This document shows positions 9,790-19,237 of a DNA stretch of 42,832 nucleotides, in pieces. Numbering within the stretch: the stretch's first letter is position 1; every line of letters begins with the position of its first letter. The notes beneath the pieces were generated by a model, which saw nothing but the letters and a program-made list of their open reading frames with translations, had not been told where the DNA came from and did not search any database. This DNA is from a virus (Duplodnaviria > Heunggongvirae > Uroviricota > Caudoviricetes). Where the stretch lies: the IMG/VR virus record IMGVR_UViG_2541047913_000006. The stretch is one strand, 5' to 3'. The translations under genes and the position numbers were made by a program.

Positions 9790-10536
9790 ATGAAAAATAT
9801 TGCGACAGGCGACGTTCTTGAACGTATCCGCAGACTGGCCCCGTCACATGTAACCGCGCCATTCAAGACGGTAGCGGAGTGGCGCGAGTGGCAACTTTCC
9901 GAAGGCCAGAAACGTTGTGAGGAGATCAACCGTCAGAATCGTCAGTTGCGGGTGGAAAAAATTCTGAATCGCTCTGGCATCCAGCCATTGCACCGCAAAT
10001 GCTCGTTTTCGAATTACCAGGTGCAGAACGAAGGGCAGCGATACGCGTTGAGTCAGGCGAAATCCATCGCTGATGAACTGATGACCGGGTGTACAAATTT
10101 TGCGTTCAGCGGAAAACCTGGTACCGGGAAGAACCACTTAGCGGCAGCTATCGGGAATCGCCTGCTGAAAGACGGTCAGACAGTGATTGTGGTTACCGTG
10201 GCTGATGTTATGAGTGCCCTGCACGCCAGCTATGACGACGGGCAGTCAGGCGAAAAATTTTTGCGGGAACTGTGCGAAGTGGATCTGCTGGTTCTTGATG
10301 AAATTGGCATTCAGCGCGAGACGAAAAACGAGCAGGTGGTACTGCACCAGATTGTTGATCGCCGGACAGCGTCGATGCGCAGCGTGGGGATGCTGACAAA
10401 CCTGAACTATGAGGCCATGAAAACATTGCTTGGCGAGCGGATTATGGATCGCATGACCATGAACGGCGGGCGATGGGTGAATTTCAACTGGGAGAGCTGG
10501 CGTCCGAATGTCGTCCAGCCAGGAATTGCGAAGTAA
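9790..10536 (+). CDS. ydaV: DnaC/IstB-like helicase loader ATPase (YdaV)
   Basis: Walker [16 protein letters not shown] and Walker [10 protein letters not shown]; 248 aa. Confidence 0.85.
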   Translation: MKNIATGDVLERIRRLAPSHVTAPFKTVAEWREWQLSEGQKRCEEINRQNRQLRVEKILNRSGIQPLHRKCSFSNYQVQNEGQRYALSQAKSIADELMTGCTNFAFSGKPGTGKNHLAAAIGNRLLKDGQTVIVVTVADVMSALHASYDDGQSGEKFLRELCEVDLLVLDEIGIQRETKNEQVVLHQIVDRRTASMRSVGMLTNLNYEAMKTLLGERIMDRMTMNGGRWVNFNWESWRPNVVQPGIAK

Positions 10537-10558
10537 TTTTTACCGGGAGAAAAATTTA

Positions 10559-11308
10559 ATGGAGACTGTTTTTGACGCACTGAAAGCAATGGGAAAAGCC
10601 ACATCCATAGAACTTGCTGCGCGACTTGATATCAGTCGTGAAGCAGTGCTGAACGAACTATGGGAACTGAAAAAAGCTGGTTTCGTTGATAAAAGCGCGT
10701 ACACCTGGCGTGTGGCTGATAACAACGTTCAGCAGGAACAGCCAATGCAGGCAGAACTGCCGGAAGAAACCACCACGGCAACTGTAGTGAAAATCTCAGA
10801 GTGCGATTTAACCGCGACGATTGAACAACGCGGACCACAAACGGCGGATGAACTGGCTACGCTGTTCGGTACAACATCCCGCAAAGTTGCTTCAACGCTG
10901 GCAATGGCAATCAGCAAAGGACGCCTGATTCGCGTAAACCAGAACGGTAAATTTCGTTACTGCATACCGGGCGATAATTTACCAGCAGAGCCGAAAGCTG
11001 CATCGGTAACGGAAACTGATTTTAAAGCCTTTCCTCAGCCAGCAGGTGTTGCGTTACCGGTACAGAAAGATGCAACACAGGAAGATATTAAAACAGAAAC
11101 TGTAGCGGACATTGTGCAGTCGCTGCCATCGTTTACTGCAACGCGAGAAGATGATTTGATTTTGCCATCGCTGCATATGGCAAACCGCGAACTGCGTAGG
11201 GCGAAGAATCATGTCCAGAAGTGGGAGCGAGTCTGCGCCGCGCTGCGGGAGCTGAACAAGCACTGGGATATTGTCCATAAAGTTATTGCAGCAGGTATGG
11301 AGAAATAA
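10559..11308 (+). CDS. ydaW: Winged-helix protein, YdaW-like (full length)
   Basis: Start at [30 protein letters not shown] (RBS GGGAGA upstream); by recollection ydaW is a truncated pseudogene in K-12, but here it is intact. Confidence 0.55.
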   Translation: METVFDALKAMGKATSIELAARLDISREAVLNELWELKKAGFVDKSAYTWRVADNNVQQEQPMQAELPEETTTATVVKISECDLTATIEQRGPQTADELATLFGTTSRKVASTLAMAISKGRLIRVNQNGKFRYCIPGDNLPAEPKAASVTETDFKAFPQPAGVALPVQKDATQEDIKTETVADIVQSLPSFTATREDDLILPSLHMANRELRRAKNHVQKWERVCAALRELNKHWDIVHKVIAAGMEK

Positions 11309-11561
11309 ATACTCCTGATTATATGAGTCATCCTGCTGCAGTTGTGACCAATATGATCGGTTGTGCAGAGTTCTTCAGATAGGGGTAATGAAAACTGCGG
11401 TGATTTGTATTCGCTGCAGTTAATATAAACTCGTCGAATTTTTTCATGAAATGTGATCTTAGTCATATTTATATCACGTCTATTTATCAGGTTCTGATGA
11501 AATCATCAGGTGTTAAGATACTATTTGTGCTGTCACCTCAATGGGTTAAAAAGGAATCTGG

Positions 11562-12164
11562 ATGAAAGGTAATATTCTTGGGGATATCCGAGCTGAACAT
11601 GACGAAAAGATGTTGGAAGCTTCATTTTGGCAAACAACTGATTATAAAGCTCTTCTCGAATCCTACGATCGATGCATCATTGTTGGCCGCAGAGGAACAG
11701 GAAAAAGTGCTCTGGTGCATATGCTTTCCAAACATTGGCATGCTAAGCCAAAAACCTATGTGATGACTATTAGTCCGGTTGAAGAACAAATTATTGGATT
11801 AAGGGATGTTATTTCTTTATTTGGTGAAAATTACTTACATATAAAAGCCGGTAGCAAGTTAGCATGGCGATATGCTATTTATATGGAGCTGCTTTCTGAG
11901 ATCGCAAGTCATTACAAGATGAAAAACGATCTTGACTACAAAAGTGTAGAGTCGCATTTATTATCTTGGGGACCGAAGAGACAAAATATAAGTAGCAAAA
12001 TAAGAAAAAAATTGAACGCTATTCTCGATGATAACAAAAATATAAAACCAGCTACAAGAATAGCCGAATTATCCGATAAATTTGAACTTGACTTATTGGA
12101 AGAGGTGATAGAAGAAGCAATTTCGAAGTCAAATAATCAATTTGTTATTTTTGCTGATAGGCTT
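11562..12164 (+). pseudogene. P-loop NTPase gene, 3'-truncated by IS1 insertion
   Basis: Walker A CIIVGRRGTGKSALVHML near N-terminus; AT-rich; the reading frame runs into IS1 at 12165, and the last 27 codons of the track ORF (to 12245) are IS1-derived. Confidence 0.6.
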
Positions 12165-12179
12165 GGTAATGACTCCAAC

Positions 12180-12683
12180 TTACTGATAGTGTTTTATGTT
12201 CAGATAATGCCCGATGACCTTGTCATGCAGCTCCACCGATTTTGAGAACGACAGTGACTTCCGTCCCAGCCTTGCCAGATGTTGTCTCAGATTCAGATTA
12301 TGTCGCTCAATGCGCTGAGTGTAACGCTTGCTGATAACGTGCAGCTTTCCCTTCAGGCGTGATTCATACAGCGGCCAGCCATCCGTCATCCATACCACGA
12401 CCTCAAAGGCCGACAGCAGGCTCAGAAGACGCTCCAGTGTGGCCAGAGTGCGTTCACCGAAGACGTGCGCCACAACAGTCCTCCGTATCCTGTCATACGC
12501 GTAAAACAGCCAGCGCTGACGTGATTTAGCACCGACGTAGCCCCACTGTTCGTCCATTTCAGCGCAGACAATCACATCACTGCCCGGTTGTATGCGCGAG
12601 GTTACCGACTGCGGCCTGAGTTTTTTAAGTGACGTAAAACCGTGTTGAGGCCAACGCCCATAATGCGTGCACTGGCGCGACAT
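12180..12683 (-). CDS. insB: IS1 transposase InsB (167 aa)
   Basis: [64 protein letters not shown]... matches IS1 InsB. Confidence 0.9.
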   Translation of the reverse strand: MSRQCTHYGRWPQHGFTSLKKLRPQSVTSRIQPGSDVIVCAEMDEQWGYVGAKSRQRWLFYAYDRIRRTVVAHVFGERTLATLERLLSLLSAFEVVVWMTDGWPLYESRLKGKLHVISKRYTQRIERHNLNLRQHLARLGRKSLSFSKSVELHDKVIGHYLNIKHYQ

Positions 12684-12877
12684 CCGACGCCATTCATGGC
12701 CATATCAATGATTTTCTGGTGCGTACCGGGCTGAGAGGCGGTGTAAGTGAACTGTAGTTGCCATGTTTTACGGCAATGAGAGCAGAGATAGCGCTGATGT
12801 CCGGCAGTGCTTTTGCCGTTACGCACCACGCCTTCAGTAGCGGAGCAGGAAGGACATCTGATGGAAATGGAAGCCAC
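12602..12877 (-). CDS. insA: IS1 InsA (91 aa)
   Basis: [68 protein letters not shown]... matches IS1 InsA. Confidence 0.9.
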   Translation of the reverse strand: MASISIRCPSCSATEGVVRNGKSTAGHQRYLCSHCRKTWQLQFTYTASQPGTHQKIIDMAMNGVGCRASARIMGVGLNTVLRHLKNSGRSR

Positions 12878-13049
12878 GCAAGCACCTTAAAATCACCATC
12901 ATACACTAAATCAGTAAGTTGGCAGCATTACCCACGCAGACTTTGTGTAAATGTTAACAAATGTGCGTTTTATTTGATCTGATTCGCTGTTTGAGCGTCC
13001 AAAACAACGGTATATATAATCCTTTACTATATGACATATGTGAGGAAAA

Positions 13050-13478
13050 ATGGGTTTTCGTAGCGCATCAATTCTTACGTTGATTATTAGTGGGATTATT
13101 ATCGGGTGCACTGATGCTGTATCGACAAATTATCATGACCGTACATCATATTACTCCGATAAAGCAATAGAGACACAGTATGTGAGTTCATCTGAACGTA
13201 CTTCTGATGTTAGTGAGGATATCCGTCTGTATGCCCATCAAATCAAGAGCGCCATCGAAAAACAGTTCGGGGATGCGAGTAAGTATTCAGGAAAAGAGTG
13301 TACACTGAGAATGCATATGGCCCCGAATGGCCTTCTACTGGAGGTTAAAAGAGAAAGTGGAGACCTCGATTTATGTCGTGAAGCGATGAATGCGATAAAG
13401 AATGCTGATATACCTGCCCCCCCTTCGCCGGAAGTATATAAAGTATTTCAAAATGGGGTGCTGGATTTTAAACCCTGA
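13050..13478 (+). CDS. Lipoprotein with TolA domain-III-like C-terminal domain
   Basis: Signal peptide with lipobox IIGC; C-terminus YAHQIKSAIEKQFGDASKYSGKECTLRMHMAPNGLLLEVKRESGDLDLCREAMNAIKNADIPAPPSPEVYKVFQNGVLDFKP resembles the TolA C-terminal domain as I recall it (...YAGQIKSAIESKFYDASSYAGKTCTLRIKLAPDGMLLDIKPEGGDPALCQAALAAAKLAKIPKPPSQAVYEVFKNAPLDFKP). Confidence 0.7.
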   Translation: MGFRSASILTLIISGIIIGCTDAVSTNYHDRTSYYSDKAIETQYVSSSERTSDVSEDIRLYAHQIKSAIEKQFGDASKYSGKECTLRMHMAPNGLLLEVKRESGDLDLCREAMNAIKNADIPAPPSPEVYKVFQNGVLDFKP

Positions 13479-13628
13479 TATTTATTGTTTTGTAATAAAC
13501 GGTTTCGGCTTAGGTTTGTTCTGACACAGCTACGGCACTGAGCTAAATTTAGCGGATAGTCAGCTCTGAGCCAGTGGCGGACGTAACAACTACTATTGCT
13601 GAGATTTTAATGGATTGAGGAGCAAGAA

Positions 13629-14024
13629 GTGGGATTAAAGAAAATCGTTATGTTGACTTTTTGGGTCGGTTTTGTTGCGGGATGCACACCTTTACACCCT
13701 TCAGATTGCCACAAAACTACTGCTACAGGTAGTTGCAGTTCAGGACGCTGGGATGATCAGGATGAATGGGGGGCGCAAGCGCGGGGAATCAGAGCTGCAA
13801 TTAATGCCAAACTTGATGAGCCGCATAACTGGAAAGGGAAAAAATGCAGGTTGCATATGGAATTCTCTCAGGATGGCACGGCGTTAAAAATATCTACCAG
13901 TAACGGTGATAAAGCCTATTGCGAAGCGATAAAGTCCGCAGCTCATAAAGCCAAATTTCCGGCCTTCAACAATCCGGAAGTCTACAGAGATTTTCAGAAA
14001 TCTGGCTTTGACATGCGAGGTTAG
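13629..14024 (+). CDS. Lipoprotein, divergent paralogue of the TolA-III-like lipoprotein
   Basis: GTG start with RBS GAGGA; lipobox VAGC; C-terminal KKCRLHMEFSQDGTALKISTSNGDKAYCEAIKSAAHKAKFPAFNNPEVYRDFQKSGFDM aligns with the upstream paralogue and TolA-III. Confidence 0.6.
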   Translation: MGLKKIVMLTFWVGFVAGCTPLHPSDCHKTTATGSCSSGRWDDQDEWGAQARGIRAAINAKLDEPHNWKGKKCRLHMEFSQDGTALKISTSNGDKAYCEAIKSAAHKAKFPAFNNPEVYRDFQKSGFDMRG

Positions 14025-14149
14025 CTCTTCAATTACTATATCTCATTCATAGCAAACTGACAGATTTGATGATGTTCTATATACGAAACCTGTGATGTCA
14101 AGTCTGAGCTAATACAAATAAACATAATATCAGAGAAATACATTTTATT

Positions 14150-14172
14150 AGCTCGCTACGGCGAGCTTTTTA
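14150..14172 (+). terminator. Intrinsic terminator (possible tR'-like, or terminator of the lipoprotein operon)
   Basis: Hairpin AGCTCGC-TACG-GCGAGCT followed by TTTTT, about 100 nt upstream of the holin start. Confidence 0.45.
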
Positions 14173-14275
14173 TATTGCATCGTCTCCAGCATATATATCA
14201 ATTAAGGCTCTGATTGATGTGTCTGAAAGCCTACACATAATAACTATGCCATCCGTTCCGTGCGGAGGTGAGGCT

Positions 14276-14491
14276 ATGAAATCCATGGACAAAATTTCAA
14301 CAGGCATTGCCTACGGCACCTCCGCAGGCAGTGCTGGCTACTGGTTTTTACAGTTGCTCGATAGAGTAACTCCGTCACAGTGGGCTGCAATCGGTGTGCT
14401 GGGTAGTCTGGTATTTGGCCTACTGACGTACCTGACAAACCTTTATTTCAAGATTAAAGAAGATAAGCGCAAGGCTGCGAGAGGTGAATAA
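14276..14491 (+). CDS. Holin (class II, EssD/S21-like, 71 aa)
   Basis: [71 protein letters not shown]; two TM segments; dual-start motif MKSM; RBS GGAGGTGAG; 1-nt overlap (TAATG) with endolysin. Confidence 0.8.
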   Translation: MKSMDKISTGIAYGTSAGSAGYWFLQLLDRVTPSQWAAIGVLGSLVFGLLTYLTNLYFKIKEDKRKAARGE

Positions 14492-14988
14492 TGCCTCCAT
14501 CATTACGAAAAGTCGTTGCTGCTGCTATTGGTGGCGGAGCAATTGCTATAGCATCAGTGTTAATCACTGGCCCAAGTGGTAACGATGGTCTGGAAGGTGT
14601 CAGCTACATACCATACAAAGATATTGTTGGTGTATGGACTGTATGTCACGGGCATACAGTAAAAGACATCATGCTCGGTAAAACGTATACCAAAGCAGAA
14701 TGCAAAACACTCTTGAATAAAGACCTTGCCACGGTCGCCAGACAAATTAACCCGTACATCAAAGTCGATATACCGGAAACAACGCGCGGCGCTCTTTACT
14801 CATTCGTTTACAACGTGGGTGCTGGCAATTTCAGAACATCGACGCTTCTTCGCAAAATAAACCAGGGCGATATCAAAGGCGCATGTGATCAGCTACGTCG
14901 CTGGACATATGCTGGCGGTAAGCAATGGAAAGGTCTCATGACTCGTCGTGAGATTGAGCGTGAAATCTGTTTGTGGGGTCAGCAATGA
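14491..14988 (+). CDS. SAR endolysin (GH24 lysozyme, R21/RrrD-like)
   Basis: 165 aa; N-terminal Gly/Ala-rich signal-anchor-release segment ([20 protein letters not shown]); lysozyme motifs (EG..Y.PY.D..G..T.G.GHT). Confidence 0.85.
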   Translation: MPPSLRKVVAAAIGGGAIAIASVLITGPSGNDGLEGVSYIPYKDIVGVWTVCHGHTVKDIMLGKTYTKAECKTLLNKDLATVARQINPYIKVDIPETTRGALYSFVYNVGAGNFRTSTLLRKINQGDIKGACDQLRRWTYAGGKQWKGLMTRREIEREICLWGQQ

Positions 14989-15286
14989 ACAGAGTAACCG
15001 CGATTATCTCCGCTCTGGTTATCTGCATCGTCGTCTGCCTGTCATGGGCTGTTAATCATTACCGTGATAACGCCATCGCCTACAAAGAACAGCGCGACAA
15101 AAATGCCAGAGAACTGAAGCTGGCGAACGCGGCAATTACTGACATGCAGATGCGTCAGCGTGATGTTGCTGCGCTCGATGCAAAATACACGAAGGAGTTA
15201 GCTGATGCGAAAGCTGAAAATGATGCTCTGCGTGATGATGTTGCCGCTGGTCGTCGTCGGTTGCGCATCAAAGCAGTCTGTCAGTC
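14985..15286 (+). pseudogene. rzpR: Rz i-spanin, N-terminal fragment (interrupted by IS3)
   Basis: [21 protein letters not shown]...[14 protein letters not shown] then frame enters IS3 at 15287; ATGA overlap with endolysin stop. Confidence 0.8.
15205..15286 (+). pseudogene. rzoR: Rz1 o-spanin lipoprotein, N-terminal fragment embedded in +1 frame of Rz (interrupted by IS3)
   Basis: [27 protein letters not shown]; lipobox VVGC; continues after IS3 at 16547-16651 (QCVKPPPPPAWIMQSPPDWQTPLNGIISPSGNDW). Confidence 0.75.
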
Positions 15287-15316
15287 TGATCCTACCCACG
15301 TAATATGGACACAGGC

Positions 15317-16183
15317 CTAAGCGAGGTTCTTGTTTTCAAATTGTTCCGGACTGAGGCCGCCACACCAACTGTGCCGCCGCCACCGATTGTAATCACATTC
15401 GATATAATTAAACACCGTTGCCCGCATTATTTCCCGGCTGATAAAGTGTTCTCCATGGATACATTCCACTTTCAGCGAATGAAAGAAGCTTTCCACGCAG
15501 GCATTATCGTAGCAGCAACCTTTTGCGCTCATACTTCCACGCAGATTATGCCGCTTCAGTTGCGCCTGATAATCTGCTGAACAGTACTGGCCTCCACGGT
15601 CCGTGTGAACGATAACGTTCCGGGGCCTCTTACGCCGCCACAGCGCCATCTGCAGGGCATCGCAGGCCAGTTGCGCCGTCATGCGTGGCGACATTGACCA
15701 GCCAATAACGGCACGTGACCACAGGTCAATGACCACTGCCAGATACAGCCAGCCTTCATCTGTACGTAAGTACGTGATGTCTCCTGCCCACTTCTGGTTC
15801 GGGCCACTGGCGTAAAAATCCTGCTCCAACAGATTTTCTGACACAGGCAGGCCGTGTGCGCGGTAGCTGACCGGGCTGAACTTCCGGGAGGCCTTTGCCC
15901 TCAGTCCCTGACGGCGCAGGCTTGCCGCCACGGTTTTTACGTTAAAGGGGTAACCCTGAGCACGCAGTTCATCCGTCAGGCGTGGGGCACCGTAACGCTG
16001 TTTTGACCGGGTAAAAGCCGCGAGGACAACGCTGTCGCAGTGTTGGCGGAACTGCTGACGCGTGCTTATCCTTGTCCGCCGCTGACACCACGTATACCAG
16101 CCGCTGCGGGCCACCCGGAGCACGCGGCACATTGCTTTGATGCTGAACTCAGCCTGATGTTTTTCAATAAAGACATACTTCAT
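15317..16183 (-). CDS. insF: IS3 transposase OrfB (InsF, 288 aa)
   Basis: DDE integrase-type transposase, [32 protein letters not shown]...; matches IS3 InsF. Confidence 0.9.
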
Positions 16184-16479
16184 TTCAGGCGCTTCGCGAA
16201 GTATGTCGCGGCCTTTTGGAGGATAGCCAGCTCTTCATCCCGTTCTGCCAGCTGGCGTTTGAGACGTGCAATCTCGGTAGACATCTCCAGTTCACGTTCA
16301 GAAGACGTCTGCTGATTTTGCTGTTTACTGCGCCAGTTGTAGAGTTGTGATTCATACAGGCTGAGTTCACGGGCTGCGGCAGTAACACCGATGCGTTCAG
16401 CAAGCTTCAGGGCTTCACTGCGAAATTCAGGCGAATGCTGTTTACGGGGTTTTTTACTGGTTGATACTGTTTTTGTCAT
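16180..16479 (-). CDS. insE: IS3 OrfA (InsE, 99 aa)
   Basis: [32 protein letters not shown]...; HTH; overlaps insF as expected for -1 frameshift fusion. Confidence 0.85.
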
Positions 16480-16544
16480 GTGAGTCACCTCTGACTGAGA
16501 GTTTACTCACTTAGCCGCGTGTCCACTATTGCTGGGTAAGATCA

Positions 16545-16710
16545 GTCAGTGCGTGAAGCCACCGCCACCTCCAGCGTGGATAATGCAGTCTCCCCCAGAC
16601 TGGCAGACACCGCTGAACGGGATTATTTCACCCTCCGGGAACGACTGGTAATGATGCAGGCCCAACTTGAAGGTGCTCAGCAATACATAACCGAACAGTG
16701 TTTAAAGTAA
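16545..16710 (+). pseudogene. rzpR: Rz i-spanin, C-terminal fragment (after IS3)
   Basis: After removing IS3 and one GTC copy, the frame continues ...AVCQSVREATATSSVDNAVSPRLADTAERDYFTLRERLVMMQAQLEGAQQYITEQCLK with stop at 16708-16710. Confidence 0.75.
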
Positions 16711-16847
16711 AATCTTAACTACAATATGATTCATTTTGATGATTGTTTCATAAGGAACAGTGAAGTAAGATCTAAGAGGAGTTAAATTTTATACAGTATA
16801 ATCATAATATTGCAGCAAGGTGGTTATAATTGAAAGAATATTTAGAT

Positions 16848-18305
16848 ATGAATACATCTCATGTAAGAGTTGTTACTCATATGTGTGGGTTCCTGGTTTG
16901 GCTCTATAGTCTTTCAATGTTGCCACCAATGGTTGTAGCATTGTTTTATAAAGAAAAAAGCCTGTTCGTTTTCTTTATAACTTTCGTTATATTTTTTTGC
17001 ATTGGTGGCGGAGCGTGGTATACAACTAAGAAATCTGGCATTCAATTACGTACCCGTGATGGGTTTATTATAATTGTAATGTTTTGGATTTTGTTTTCTG
17101 TTATTAGTGCATTCCCTTTATGGTTTGACTCAGAACTTAATTTAACGTTCATTGATGCTCTGTTTGAAGGGGTTTCTGGAATAACAACAACAGGAGCAAC
17201 TGTAATTGATGATGTTAGTTCATTACCTCGGGCATATTTGTACTATCGGTCACAGTTAAATTTTATAGGTGGTTTAGGAGTTATTGTTCTGGCGGTTGCA
17301 GTATTGCCATTATTGGGTATTGGTGGTGCAAAGCTTTATCAGTCAGAAATGCCGGGGCCATTTAAGGATGACAAACTCACTCCCCGCCTGGCCGATACGT
17401 CACGGACACTGTGGATAACTTATTCTTTATTAGGTATTGCTTGTATTGTCTGTTATAGACTTGCAGGAATGCCTTTGTTTGATGCTATTTGTCACGGGAT
17501 TTCCACAGTTTCGCTTGGTGGTTTCTCAACTCATAGCGAGAGTATCGGATATTTTAATAACTATTTGGTTGAGCTGGTGGCTGGTTCTTTTTCCCTGCTA
17601 TCGGCTTTCAACTTCACTCTTTGGTATATTGTTATTAGCAGAAAAACGATAAAACCTTTAATCAGAGATATTGAACTTCGTTTCTTTCTGTTAATAGCCT
17701 TAGGGGTGATCATTGTTACCTCTTTCCAGGTCTGGCATATAGGTATGTATGACTTGCATGGAAGTTTTATTCATTCGTTTTTTCTTGCCAGCTCCATGCT
17801 CACTGATAATGGTTTAGCTACGCAGGATTATGCAAACTGGCCCACGCACACGATAGTGTTTTTGCTGTTGTCAAGTTTCTTTGGGGGATGTATAGGTTCA
17901 ACCTGTGGTGGAATTAAGTCACTTCGATTTCTTATACTTTTCAAACAAAGCAAACACGAGATAAATCAGCTTTCTCATCCCAGAGCGTTGTTGAGTGTAA
18001 ATGTAGGAGGGAAGATAGTTACAGATCGTGTAATGAGGTCTGTATGGAGTTTCTTTTTTCTTTATACTCTCTTCACGGTGTTTTTTATACTGGTGTTAAA
18101 TGGTATGGGATATGATTTTCTTACATCATTTGCAACAGTGGCTGCATGTATTAATAATATGGGATTAGGTTTTGGGGCTACTGCATCGTCATTCGGAGTG
18201 CTTAATGACATTGCAAAATATTTAATGTGCATAGCTATGATTCTTGGTCGCCTTGAAATTTATCCTGTTATTATATTGTTTTCAGGTTTTTTTTGGCGCT
18301 CCTAA
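16848..18305 (+). CDS. trkG: Trk-system potassium uptake protein TrkG (485 aa)
   Basis: MNTSHVRVVTHMCGFLVWLYSLSMLPPMVVALFYKEKSLF...; multi-pass membrane protein; AT-rich gene; matches Rac trkG as I recall it. Confidence 0.9.
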   Translation: MNTSHVRVVTHMCGFLVWLYSLSMLPPMVVALFYKEKSLFVFFITFVIFFCIGGGAWYTTKKSGIQLRTRDGFIIIVMFWILFSVISAFPLWFDSELNLTFIDALFEGVSGITTTGATVIDDVSSLPRAYLYYRSQLNFIGGLGVIVLAVAVLPLLGIGGAKLYQSEMPGPFKDDKLTPRLADTSRTLWITYSLLGIACIVCYRLAGMPLFDAICHGISTVSLGGFSTHSESIGYFNNYLVELVAGSFSLLSAFNFTLWYIVISRKTIKPLIRDIELRFFLLIALGVIIVTSFQVWHIGMYDLHGSFIHSFFLASSMLTDNGLATQDYANWPTHTIVFLLLSSFFGGCIGSTCGGIKSLRFLILFKQSKHEINQLSHPRALLSVNVGGKIVTDRVMRSVWSFFFLYTLFTVFFILVLNGMGYDFLTSFATVAACINNMGLGFGATASSFGVLNDIAKYLMCIAMILGRLEIYPVIILFSGFFWRS

Positions 18306-18442
18306 TATATGGCTGATTTATAATTGTGAGTTTAATATTATGTTGACTCACTCATTGATCCAATACCTAACTTTACCAGCAACACCTCCGCCCCCAGTAG
18401 CACTGGCTGCTGGGGTGCGTTTTATTCATAAAGCAAGGCTGT

Positions 18443-19237
18443 ATGAGCGAGAAATTAAAGATAGTCTATCGCCCATTACAAGAATTGTCACCGTATGCGC
18501 ACAACGCCAGGACGCACAGTACTGAGCAGGTGGCACAACTGGTAGAAAGTATTAAGCAATTCGGCTGGACTAATCCGGTGCTGATTGACGAAAAGGGCGA
18601 AATTATTGCGGGTCACGGTCGTGTTATGGCGGCTGAAATGCTCAAAATGGATTCTGTTCCGGTCATTGTTCTGTCTGGCCTGACGGATGAGCAGAAAAAG
18701 GCGTACCGCCTGGCAGATAATCGCCTGCCGATGAATGCTGGCTGGGATGAAGATCTGTTGCGGATGGAGCTGTCGGACCTAATCAATGCTGATTTTGATG
18801 TCTCCCTGACAGGCTTCATCCCGACAGAAATTGATGAACTGTTGACGGATGTTTTGCCCGGTACAGGAAATGAGGAGGAGCCGTATACGACGAAAATTGA
18901 TACGCCTGTTTATGAGCCGTCGGGCGGTAAACCGGATATCAGTGAACTGTACGACGATACGAAAACTCAGGAGCTGATCAGCCGGATACGTTCGGCGTCC
19001 CTTGATCCTGATATTGAGAAATTCCTCCTGTGTGCGGCAGAACGTCACACAGTGTTTAATTTCAGCAGAATTGCGGACTATTACGCTCATGCCCCCGCTG
19101 AAATTCAGTGCCTTTTCGAGGAGTCGGCGCTGGTGATCATTGATTATCAGCAGGCTATTGAAAATGGATTTGTCCGAATGACGCAGCGCATGGTGGAGAT
19201 CATGCATGGCGGGGAGGAGGAGGAGGAATATGCGTGA
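18443..19237 (+). CDS. ParB-like nuclease domain protein (full-length YnaK-like)
   Basis: 264 aa; ParB/Srx N-terminal domain with GHGR motif (GEIIAGHGRVMAA); acidic C-terminal tail GGEEEEEYA; position after trkG as ynaK in K-12 Rac. Confidence 0.7.
   Translation: MSEKLKIVYRPLQELSPYAHNARTHSTEQVAQLVESIKQFGWTNPVLIDEKGEIIAGHGRVMAAEMLKMDSVPVIVLSGLTDEQKKAYRLADNRLPMNAGWDEDLLRMELSDLINADFDVSLTGFIPTEIDELLTDVLPGTGNEEEPYTTKIDTPVYEPSGGKPDISELYDDTKTQELISRIRSASLDPDIEKFLLCAAERHTVFNFSRIADYYAHAPAEIQCLFEESALVIIDYQQAIENGFVRMTQRMVEIMHGGEEEEEYA

Larger units (their letters stand above)
12165..12932 (-). mobile_element. IS1 insertion sequence (768 bp)
   Basis: Terminal inverted repeats GGTAATGACTCCAACTTACTGAT (12165-12187) and ATCAGTAAGTTGGCAGCATTACC (12910-12932); contains insA/insB; flanking 9-mers differ (GATAGGCTT vs CACGCAGAC). 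Confidence 0.9.
15287..16544 (-). mobile_element. IS3 insertion sequence (1258 bp) with 3-bp target duplication GTC
   Basis: Ends TGATCCTACCCACGTAATATGGACACAGG (15287-) and ...CACTATTGCTGGGTAAGATCA (-16544); flanked by GTC at 15284-15286 and 16545-16547; carries insE/insF. Confidence 0.9.

Noticed and set aside
11209-11466. 85-aa minus-strand ORF
   Set aside because: Overlaps the 3' end of ydaW in antisense and extends into an AT-rich promoter-like region; likely spurious.
12165-12245. C-terminal 27 residues of the track ORF 11562-12245
   Set aside because: These codons are IS1 terminal sequence read in frame, not native gene sequence; the gene is treated as truncated at 12164.
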